Assembly (NCBI RefSeq): GCF_902459465.1
Contig: NC_047073.1
Location: forward strand, 16,430,001-16,494,000
DNA from: Asterias rubens
Taxonomy: Eukaryota
Direction of reading: 5' to 3'
Length of the DNA: 64,000 nt
The notes beneath the pieces are model-generated. The model had not been told where the DNA came from. It was given only the letters and a program-made list of their open reading frames with translations, and made no database searches. Both the position numbers and the translations under genes were made by a program. Positions 26,386-38,300 of this stretch are shown one piece after another (the first letter of the stretch is position 1; the number at the start of each line of letters is the position of its first letter).

Positions 26386-29300
26386 CTGCAGAAGAAAAAA
26401 TCACAATTTTGCTTCAAATGTTCGCACAAATCAATCCTGGCATTGATATCACAAAGTTCATCTGAAGTCGAGTTGTCAGTATTGCAAAAGTGATTTTTGT
26501 AGTGTGACAATCACACTTTGCTTAGCAATAAGAGTGATTTGGAGTTTAAGATCAATCTTAGCTCTTTGTGAAATCGAGCTCTGGTTGTAAAAATTAAATC
26601 CCAAGTTGTGGTTTGGCTCTCTGTCAACAGATGACACACACTGAAGGATCTACTCCTTTAACATACATGTAGCACAATGTAATGGTTTATTGTGGTGTAA
26701 TATGCTGCCAATCAAACCAGGAATAGTAGGGTAAACCCCTTCTCTTTTCCGATTTGTGCACTGGGTCTGTTTACGTGCTTTATACAACACATTGGACCAA
26801 CAGCTTTATTGCACTCATATTGTCCTGATATTCTGTTTGTAACACTTATTGATATAGTACATCTTATTGATATAGTACAAGGGTCAATTCATGGCTCTTC
26901 TTTCCGCCAAATTCTGTGCATACGATCACCATTCTCCGCTTACGTGCAAGCCCCGAAATTACTGCGCTAGCTGTGTAAGCGTAGAATGCCTAGTAACATG
27001 AAGTACGCATGTGCACAAGCCCTGCTAACCCGTGAAATTCCCTGCTTCCGCAAGCACTAATTATTTGCTTACGGTAAGCAGAGCCATGAAATTGGCTGCA
27101 GGCATCCTATCCTACCTGTTTATAACACTCTACTTGATTCTTAGCTAGCCCTGTGAACATCTCTTTCATATCTTTCCTTTTATTCCGTTGCCATCTTTCC
27201 ATATCAGCCTTCATGTCAGCATTAGCAACCTCCGTCCGGTCACTCAGGTAATCAACCTGCTTCTGAAGCTATAAGATTCAAACATCAGATCAAAAACGGA
27301 CATTAGACATAAACTCAGATCGTATCAGTAGGATTTGAAACTTTGCATGGTGAAAATAGGATATAGTAAGGTTTGCGGTAACACCGAGTAATGATAATCT
27401 TTTTTGAGTTGGGTGGTTCTGGACTAGAATTTCATTCCTGAATTCAAGAAAACTTTCACCAAAATTCCCATACGAACATGTAAAAGTGGCGTTGCAGGCC
27501 TCTTTAGCATTCTCCAAATTACAAGTCAGTGGTTATGGCAAGATTTGAGAAAAAAAATAACAAGAAATTCTGGGAAATATTTACAGAAATCATTGGGCTT
27601 ATGTCTTGTAAATTGTGATAAAAATTGATATATCCTCGGTCAAGTTGAAAGGAAAGTGGAGAATCATTCAATGAGTGTAAAAACTAAAATTACCAAAATA
27701 ACTGAATAATTAAAAACACTTAACTAAACTCCATAACACAAAATAACTCAAAACAACAAAAAACGAAAAACACCAAAATAACTCAAAACACTAAAATAAA
27801 CTCCATAAGACACTCAACAGGACTGAGTCCATGAAATGAAAGTACAATTTTTAAAGTTTTTTTACACAGTGTTGTATCCTAATTCATTAGGAGCAAGAGT
27901 GTTCTTTTTCGATGATATCTAACAATTCAGATGCAAAGATCAGCAAGATATTCTGAAAATTGAGAAAAGCATGCATTTCAATGTATTTATGCGCGTTGAC
28001 GCAATCTACTCATAGTATGTAACAACTTCACTTTCATTATAAGGTAACAGTGGTCAATTTCACAAACAGCTAAGATTGATCTTGGCCCAAGTCAGAAAAT
28101 CAGCCCCCAGCCCAACTATGATGATATTGACAAGATGAATCTTAACGCTTTGTGAAATCGAGCTTAGCACTCACATGAAATCTTAAGTGTTTTTTAGGGA
28201 AACATTTAACATGCACTATTCACAAGGTAAGGTAAACATAAACACAAATATGAGAGAGGACTGGGGTAAGTCTATTTGTGATGATGGATGAGTTTAAGTG
28301 GGGGGGGGGGGGGGGGTATTTAACTAAAATTGATTTGTGGATGAGGTTATATCTATCTCAGGTTGAAACCAACAGCTTTAGTTTTAATTAACTCAAGAGA
28401 AGTCATGGGAGACTTTACAAAATCAGTTCTCATTCTGTTTTTCAGTTAAACTTATTGTAGTTGAATTTTAAACAAACACCAAATAAACCAAGAAAAAAAA
28501 ATCATATGCGAACTTGTTTCAATGAGAAAGTTTGAACATCTTTGAGTGTAAACATTTTCAACCTTTCCCTGTATGCTTTTTAAACACAAACGCATTTCTC
28601 TCTCTCTAATTCACACAGTATTAAACAAATTGAAGCAATTTAGATTTAGTTTTTTTCAAAGACAAACTTAGTTATTCGGGACAAAAGAATGAGGTACCTT
28701 GTCAATCTGTGTATCGAGCCTGGTACTCTTAGCCTCTTTGACATCATTGGGGTCTTTACCCATTATGGCCCCCAGGGAGTAGTTCTGGTCAGATATTTTC
28801 ACCTGAACAAAGAGCCAAAGGGGATTAATTACTAAGGGAATAAACGAGTGGTACAAGGTCTCAAGCGGCTGTTTAAAACCACAAGGGTCGTGGCCGTTCG
28901 ATAAAGGACCGACCGAAGGCGAGGGCCTTTATTGCTTGGCAGGCCTGTATGCTTCAGTTTTGAAAGTGCAAGGGCACTGATGCATTTTCTCCTTGGTAAA
29001 GGACACCCTATAAGGAAATTGTAAATTTCTACTGAAAGAGCATTTCAAGGGCATGAAGGTAATGACCAGGTCAGGGGGCATGGAGGCAATCGCCTTTGTC
29101 GACTCCGTGAAGTATCAGGCCAAGTCACTTCTCTTTTATTCCCATTCATAAATGCCCTCGTGTTAAAAAGCGGATTAATGTTGGAAAATCTATAAAAACA
29201 TTCTGAATATTTCCAATTTCTGTCACCTTATTGGACTACGTTTTGCAAAAGGGTCAAAATGGCAATGATGCTCAATGACTGTGAGTACGTGCGCGTTCAA

Positions 29301-32300
29301 TAGTTTATGCATTGAGTGGTGGTAAATGTATGGTATTGATTGTGTTACAAGTAAATTAACGCCACGCATAAGCTTGCGCCCCACGCCTATGTTTAACAGT
29401 TTCACTTTTCATCATATTGCCCGACTCCCCTATCAAAAAAGGAACCAGACTACAATTCCATCCTGCCTCACTTTGGTTTAGATTAATTCAAATGATAAAA
29501 AACAAAATAAAATGGCTGCATTGTGACTGAAGCTTTACTGGCAATCAAAAAGTGGTAATAATCTGTGATTGATTGGTGTGGAGCAGAGTAATGTGCAGAC
29601 AAAATAAAGCAGGGTCCAATTTCATGGCTCTGCTTACCCCAGGTTCTGCGCTTACCAAGCCCTGTAAAATACATAAATATACAGGATGGAAAGCGCTGAA
29701 ATCCATGGTAAGCAGAGCGATGAGTTTAGGCCTTGGTTAGGAGCAGCCACTTACAGTGTAGTAGTAGACTTGAATCAAGTCAAACTTTCCTGATTATGGT
29801 CTAAAGCCAAGAATCGTCCACACAATACACATTTCAAAAAATCACAAAGCAATAAAGTGTGCCCTCTACTGCACTGGGTATACTGTGCTTATCAAAGTTA
29901 AGAACTAAAAAACACAGATTTTGTGATAGCAGACGTTGTAAATAGCAATAACTAGAGCGCCCCTTTTATGCAATTTCCTTGCAGTCTGTGTATTGCTAGG
30001 GCGATGGGGGCCTGATTACCCGATGGATTGAAACCATAATGTAAAAAATCAGACTTGAGTTAAGTCTAGAACAGAGAATATGCTGTGCAAAGATATTCAC
30101 AGAAACAACACCAAAGAAGAACAAATCGGACACAATGATTTGAATTAGCCTTACACTGGCATACTACTTCTCAAACATAAGTGAAAGGCCTGGAATTACA
30201 CGAGTTCACCGAGGCCATGGCCCCGTTGCCCTGGTCTTGGTGACCCTTCAAAAAATTTCCATAGACACAGAGATTTTCCCAATGGAAGTGCCCTTTGCAA
30301 AATGAAAACGGCCTTGCCCTCAAGTATGAAATTCCAGGCCTGATCAGTAAAAGGCTAAAATCAAATCACTTTGTCCCCGGTGCAATACATCCGTGAAATA
30401 AATACTCAATTGAAAAATACAAAGGCTGCTTTTATCTTGGCATTGGCTTTGTATGGTAACGCATTGTGCACATAAACTTTGACACCAATGTACTGATATC
30501 AGATTGCAGGCTGGCATAGTTTATCTATAATTCAAAACCATAGTGGATATTGGGTGGTCAGACAGTAGGAGGGTTAACCTTTTGTATTGTGTATACATTC
30601 ACTACATGATACATATATCTCTTTGTCTCGCCTAGAAATGAGTCAATCAAATTCAAACGAAACCTGCAGATGGATTTTGATGGATTGGAGTGAATTGACC
30701 AAGTGTTTGCTCTATGAAAAAGAAAGGGGAGGGTGACGTGCAAAAGCTCAAGACAGAAGACACATTTCTACAAAAAGGACCCAGTTCATGCAGATAATGG
30801 TGTTTAAGACTTTACTAGGGTCTGATCATAAAGGGTATGGTTACAAGCTCATCTAGACGGGTTGGTCTTGTGATTACGCAAGGTGAAGATGCATGCTAGA
30901 TCTAGGAAGATGTGGTTACTTACTGATTGTATATGCAAATACAGGTCTGGAATTTCACGGAGGCCATGGCCTCAAAAATTTCCCATAGACTTTAATATTT
31001 TGCCCTTCGCAAAATGAAAATGGCCTTGCCCTCTCAAAGATGAAATTCCAGGCCCACAAATCATCAATGGTCATGTTGGGATTGATCTCAATGGGCGTAG
31101 TAGCTCCGATCTATTTGAGTCTCACTATTCGTTGATATAGACAAGTTTAGTTACTTGCTGGGCTAGTTGGGTGTAGCTACGAACCTTGTTTTTTACTCAG
31201 CACAGTGGGTGTGGTCAAATTTACAATTTTGATGGTCGTGGCTACTTACATGTTCTCTTTCATTCTTCTTGCGTGTGAGTTCCTCGCATGCTAGCTCATA
31301 CTCCATCTGGATAAAGTCTCGCTTCTTTAGCGTACTCTGAAATGAAGGGAACAAAAGCCCAGGGGGGATTTCACAAAGAGTTAAGACTAGTCTTATCTTG
31401 AGCTAGGACGAGTTACTCATCCTAACTAAGGACCAGCCTTAAGCTTTTTATTAACTCCTAGAACTACTCCTTAGTTAGCGCTATTGACCTCTGTCTTATT
31501 TTTTGAGGAAAAAATTGCTCATCAGTAGGGATTGGTTCCAAGCAAATTTTTGTAATACAAAGTAACTTATAGCCGACTAATGTTCCTACCTTGACTGAAT
31601 CAGCATACAGAATATACTCCTTGGCAGCGGGAAGAAAATGCAGCTCTGTATTCTCCGTCTGTAAATAAATATTGACAAACAAGAAATTATGATTAAGAGC
31701 AGTATTCATTATAAATGTGCCTAAGTGGTCTAAAACATTGAACTTGAGTTCCTGTGGCCAAGACATCAAGTGTGGGTTTGAGATCCAGTCATGACAATTT
31801 GTCTTAGGGGAGACACTTTACTATAATTGCTTCTTACCAGTCAGGAGTAAATGGGTACCAGTGAGGCTAGATATTGTTGATGTGAATGATTATCAATCTC
31901 TATTCGCCAATTTGGTTGTCGGTGCTGCATACTCCTAAGGAGTTGACGATTTATGATGAATGCTGAAGACTCAAACCTCAACCAATTGTAAGACTCCTGG
32001 TCGATGCATCACAAAAAGCCACAATTTTCCACATCAACAAATGTTTACAGAAAAAAATCTTGCAAAAAATAGTTAATGGCCTGACGTTTCGACCCTAGCA
32101 GAGTCTTTCTCGAAGGCTAAATGACAACACAACAAACATGAACAGGTAACTAAGTGAAACATAAGCAGTGAAGTGGAAATACATGAATGGGGTTAGAAAG
32201 CATACATAAAAAAGCAGGGGGTAAACAATGAATAGGGGGACAAAAAAGGGGGGGTGAAGGGAAGGGGCTGGCTTGACCACAAGCAAGAATATGGAAACAC

Positions 32301-35300
32301 AAAGGACAACATCGAGGGTGGTGAGGTTGGGTAAAAAGTAATTTATATTAGTGAATGAGGCTCAGGCTAAAAGGCTATGGGGAAAAAAGGAGACGGCAAA
32401 ACAAAAGGTTTATTAGTCGTTTCCTTCTTGGATGTTCAGACCATGGGGTTGAATGGTCTGGAGGCGTCTAATCCAGAGTTTCTCCCTACTCAAACGCACA
32501 GTCTCTCTGTGGTTGCCTAGTGCCTCTATGCCCTGTAAGATCATGTCAGAAATGGAGTGATTAGGAAGATTGAAGTGATGACCTACAGGTGTATCTAGCT
32601 TTTGGGTCTTGACTGTAGATCTGTGGCCGTAGAAACGCCTCTTGAGTGTAGTTCTTGTTTCACCTATATATTGAACACCACAGACTCTGCAAGATATGAG
32701 ATAAATGAGATTAGTGGTGGTGCAGGTGACATGACCCCTTGTCTTATGGGTGGTACCGCCGGTGTTACTGGTGAAGGAGTCCGATTCCCTGATGTGTTGT
32801 CTACAGACGATGCATTTGGAGATGTTGGAACACCTAAAAGTTCCCTGTGGTAGAGGGGGATTAACATCATCATTAATGGGAGGGACTTCTGCTCGGACAA
32901 TGAGATCCCTGAGACTTGGTGGGCGTCTGTAGGCAACTATGGGTTCTTCCTGCACAGCACGTTGAAGTCGATCTGATGTGTGAAGAATATGATGGTTAGA
33001 ACTGGTTATTTTACGAATGGGAGGAAGTGAGGGGTGGAAAGTGACAACAAAAGGAACTTTCCCCGTAGGACTCTGTTGTTTCTTTGGTCCTTTGGAAAGT
33101 ACTGACTCCCTAGAACGAGCCTTGACTTTCTGGATAGCTCGATGGACTGCTAGAGAGCTATGACCCCTGGAAACAAGGTGTTTCTTAAGTTCCTGTGAGT
33201 GGTGGATAAAATCAGAATCATTAGAACAGATTCGACGGAGTCTGAGGGCCTGACTGTAGGCTATGCTGGTTTTGCAGTGTCGGGGGTGACAGCTAGTGGA
33301 ATGTAGGTATTGGTGTTTATCTGTGGGTTTAACGAAGAGATCTGTGGTTAAGCCTACATCCGTCTTGAGAACCTTGACATCCAGAAAGTGTGTATCCTTG
33401 GTTGAGTATTCGCTCGTGAATTTGATGGTCCTGTGGAAGGAATTTATGTGATTAATAAAAGCTTTGAGGCTTGCTTCATCGCTTGTCCAGATGAAAAAGA
33501 TGTCATCGATATAGCGCCACCAGACCCAGGGACGGCAAGGGGCTGATGCCAACATGCGCTGTTCAAGATGGCTCATGAAAAGGCACGCCATTGATGGTGC
33601 CATACGTGTGCCCAAAAAATCTTGTTTGTTCAAAGTTTGTTTTTGTTAAATCTCCTCATTAAACAAAACGGGGACAATTCAAGTTTTCTGTCTTACTAAA
33701 TGTCTTACTTACCATGTCTTTATAAGGTTTGGCACATTTATCTAGGCAGTCTCCAAGACCACCAAGTGTTTCTGTTAGCTCCGACTCTGAGTTTGCCCAT
33801 AGTCTGTAGGTTGGGCCGTAAGTTTCTAATTCAGTACCCATATCTGTAACAAGAAAATAACCCAAACTCAAAGTTAGTTTCACCCCTTTTTTGCTCCGAT
33901 AAGATAATATGATTTTACAACTTAAATCAACGTCACATGCAGCTAGTTTTTGACACGCTTGGCATTTTGGGTGTCAACTGCATACGAACAGGAAATAAAG
34001 GAAAATGGCAAGAATCGAGTAGGCTTACAGGTAACAGCTGGCAAATTAAACCACTTTCCAGACAACTGTTGGTTCTGAACAGAACCGAGTAGGCTTACAG
34101 GTAACAGCTGGCAAATTAAACCACTTTCCAGACAACTGTTGGTTCTGAACAGAACCAGAGTTGATATATATTTTATATTTTGCTTCATTACAAATCCAAC
34201 AGCACAATTTGCAGGATGATTAGCAAAGAAAGAAGGAATGTTCAGTTTTAGATGTGGGAGGAAAACCTCAATGGGAAAGACTACAGGAAAGGACCGAAAA
34301 CTCAATCCACACACGAGCTGCAGTCTGTGGTGGGATTCAAACCTGGGTCCACAGATGTGAAAGGTATGGAAAGAAACCACTGAGCCAACCTGTAGAATCA
34401 GGGAAAGAAACCACTCCGCCAACCTGTAGAATCAGGGCAAGAAACCACTGAGCCAACCTGTAGAATCAGGGCAAGAAACCACTGAGCCAACCTGTAGAAT
34501 CTGGGAAAGAAACCACTGAGCCAACCTGTAGAATCAGGGCAAGAAACCACTGAGCCAACCTGTAGAATCGGGGCATATTTAATCAGTATAAACAGAATCT
34601 TGAGCACTAACCAGACTGTTCTTTAAGAATCCTCTGGGATATTCTATCGACTGATGACATCTTATCACCAAACATGCCGATATATTCTGTCATTATCGTA
34701 AACTCTGGACTCCTGTTTTTCAGCATTATGGCTGACGTAGTCGTCTTGATGGTTGAACCGATGCGGCTCACAATCCCAGCACCAGCTTTGCGATGAGTTG
34801 TTAGTTCCTAAATCAGGAAAGAGGGGGAAATGCTTAGGTACAAAAGTAGCTATTAAAACACAATAAACGTCGATTTCACTAAACTCTTCCTAACTTATGA
34901 TTAATCTTAGGACTTAGGACGGGTTCAGTTCCATATCCAAATACGCAGGACGCATTGAACCCATCCTAAGTTAGGACGGGTTACTCCTCCTAACTCGAGT
35001 TGGGATTAATCCTAGCGTTTCGTGAAATCGGCTGCAGGTCTGGAATTTCACGGAGGCCATGGTCCTTGTTGCACTGGTCTTGGCCTTGGTGCCCCTTCAA
35101 AAGTTTCCCATTGACTTTCAGATTTTCCGATGGAAGTGCCCTTTTCCGAATGAAAATGACCTTGCCCTCTCACAGATGAAATTCCAGACTTGATAAAGTT
35201 ATGCTTACCAGAATAAGGTGATCACCCAAAATACTATTTCTCATGTACCAGCTGTAACTGGTATCCTGCTAATTTTTGCTTAGCAGAAAACTGTTAAAGC

Positions 35301-38300
35301 GATTTTTGCTGCTTACAGAGATCAATGTAGTTGAGCCACTGGATGGATGGACAAAGGGATGTGGCTATCATATCAAGTACGTGGGGTCAATTTATAAAAT
35401 GATAGATCACGAATGCCAAAACTTGTCTTTGTTCATTAAAAGTGCTTGGAAAATGTATGAAAACAAATTTTCAGGAAATTTCTGAGTTGGTCAAGCGCAA
35501 AGTGATTTAACGTTGAATGAGCAAGGTATGTGGCTCTTTTTGATGAATGAATTGGAATTTTCAAGACTTTTTTCATGAGTTTCTGTGCAAGTCGCACTCA
35601 AATTAAAAAAATGTCATAGCTTGGCACGTAACGACCCCTGTATTGACCCCTTGCACCAACGACACGACAGACTCTTGAGTCTGTTACACTAGACTACATG
35701 GCCACATCACTCCACAGGTATCACGGTTTAATCCCAACAGAACAAAAACAAATCAACTGAAGTTGTGCAACAACATTACTGTATACTATTCTACTTGTAC
35801 AATCTAGTCTACTCTATTGTGCAATGCTGAAACAGACTGATAATAATACAGGCAGCCATGTCTCTTTCTATCAAGGTGTGGCCATTTTGTCTGGTACCTT
35901 GAATACACTGTGGACGCCTGTATCAATTCATATAGACACATGTCAGACTATTTTTCAATGAGCCTCAGTTTGGTTACATTTGGTTGAATTAAAGGGAGGC
36001 AAGATCGCCACGACATCTAAATTTTGTTCTTAACCCTTTTGTTATCAAATTGTTTTGACGTAAACAGCCACCAGTGACCAAGTTATTTGACCAGTTAAGC
36101 GTGAAACATAATATGTTTGTACACAACAGCAAATATATATTCAGAGGCTAATTTTACAAGTGTGATCTGAAATCTCAAACATTACAAGCATATCATGTGG
36201 TGCTAAGTAGGAGTTTAAGGTTTTTGATATTTCCACTCCATTTTGAAAAGTCTGCATTATAGCAACCTTATTGCATTTCAATACCATAAGCCTTTTTGAG
36301 GTATGGTGGAAGTGATACGCGGACGTCACACGCTGCGACTGATGCCACGCTCACCATGTTGGTGGTCATTAGGTTTACGTGTAAACGCCGCGTCGCCTAA
36401 AATGCGCACTTCACTGAATAACATACATTCTATTTCTATGGTCAATACGCACAAATTTACCACAACTTTACAGTGTTGTAGCATTGTGTCCGTCATACCT
36501 CAAAAAGGCTTATTGGAAATATATGGTCTTTGGAGGGTAATCATGGACACATCTACTGCTTCATTGTGCTCAGACTGGAGTGTTTTTTGATACACAATAT
36601 TGGTCCACTTATTAAAGAAATTGTAAGTGGTTTAAGAATTGGAGGCTTGTATGATTATCTGGTCTGAAGAACTAATGATTTCATGAAATGAAGGGACAAG
36701 AGCTTCATGGTTTGCCGAACCAGATCGCTCTACTTGGGTCATGGACACAACACCAAAAGATTACCCATGCCTTGGCTGTTAGAAAGATCTTCAGGTATTC
36801 ATTAAATGACACTACAGGATGTTCAGAGATCCTCTGCATAAACTTGTGCAAGGCTGTCTGCCGTATCCTGGCAAAGTCTTTACTCAGGCGGTCCATTCTC
36901 ATACTGTGCTTCTCTGGTAGGGGCTGTTGGGGAAAATGGGATATATTGATAAAGGACTGGTAGAAAGTCTATCATATTAGTCAAGTTTATTTGGTCTGTA
37001 AATTAGGAAAGATTGCAACATATTCATTTAGTTGGTATTTGTTTCTTTTTATTTATAAATAATTTAACTCAAGGTCTTTCATAATGTTTAGTAAGAGAGA
37101 TGTTCTATTAACACATCATTAAATTGAAATTAGATTCTGGTGAATGATAATTATATTCACCCAGCATTATACTGTAGGTTGGTATAATGTATCATTCAAA
37201 TCCACATTGGATTATATTGAATGGTCACAGAGTAGGAGGGTTGACTGTGTTCTGTGTAGATGCATCCACTACAAACATGATATCATATTGCAGGCTGGCA
37301 TAGTTTATTAAAGCCACTGGACACTATTGGTAGTTGTCAAAGACTAGTCTTCTCAGCCGGTGTATCTCAACTATGAACAAAATAACAAACCTGTGAAAAT
37401 TTGAACTCAATTGGTCGTCGAAAATGTGAGATAATAATTGAGAAAAAACACCCTTGTAACACAAAGTGCTTTCAGATGCTTGATTTCGGGACCTCAAAAT
37501 CAAATTCTGAGGTCTCGAAATCAAATTAAAGTATTTTAGTGGAAAATGACTTCTTTCTCAAAAACTATGTTACTTCAGAGGGAGCCATTTCTCACAATGT
37601 TTTATACTATCAACAGCTCTCCATTGCTTGTTACCAAGTAAGTTTTTGTGCTAACAATTATTTTGAGTAATTACCAACAGTGTTTACTGCCTTAAATCAG
37701 TGTTTACTGCCTTAAATCATTCAACAGTGGATTACATTAAATGGTTAGACAATAGGAGGGTACAGAAAAAACAGTTCCTGGAATGGCATCTTTGATGGGG
37801 AAGTTCAGTTCTATTTTGCAAAGGTCTGTTAGAAATCTTAAAGACTGAGGAAAACTTTTGAAGGGGCGCCAAGGCAACGTAGGCCTTAGTCCCTGCCTGA
37901 GTTATTCATCTTACCGGTATAATATGAGTTTCTTCCGTTTCTGTGAGTTTTTGTCGGAGCCATAGGAAATCTTGGTAGCGTCTTCTCACGCTGTACTCAG
38001 GCTCATCAAAGGAACTTCTTGTCGTCTGAATATAAAATCATCAAACAAATAAATCAAATAAAAATCATCTAAACAATTTAACACAGATCATTGTGATCAG
38101 TTACAGTGTAGAGTAGAGTCGTTTGTTTGTTTGTTTGTTTGTTTCAACAGTAGGATTTATCATGTTTATTTGATTTGCCTACCACCTCTAGGACCCCAGT
38201 TCAAACCCCACCGGGGGCACTATGTGGATTGGGTTTTCAGTACCTATCCGACTGCGTAGGTTTTCCCTGGAATAATTCTCTGGGTTTTTTCTCCAACATA

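Larger units (their letters stand above)
32063..33613 (-). mobile_element. Penelope-like retroelement (PLE), 5'-truncated, inside SNX intron 6
   Basis: Open ORF to the stop at 32413 with RT motifs ([28 protein letters not shown]), a Cys linker ([10 protein letters not shown]) and a GIY-YIG endonuclease (LIYLISC...QYIGET...RFYGH...[16 protein letters not shown]). Pyrimidine-rich 3' UTR ending in a hammerhead-like motif. Flanked by the direct repeat AAAAAATCTTG at 32052-32062 and 33614-33624. Confidence 0.95.

Noticed and set aside
34371-34574. Regular short repeats (also 38927-39063) as a possible CRISPR array
   Set aside because: The units are head-to-tail with no unique spacers, the context is a eukaryotic intron, and there are no cas genes.
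33943-34607. ORFs of 159 aa and 69 aa
   Set aside because: They are built from a SINE and two tandem repeats inside SNX intron 5.
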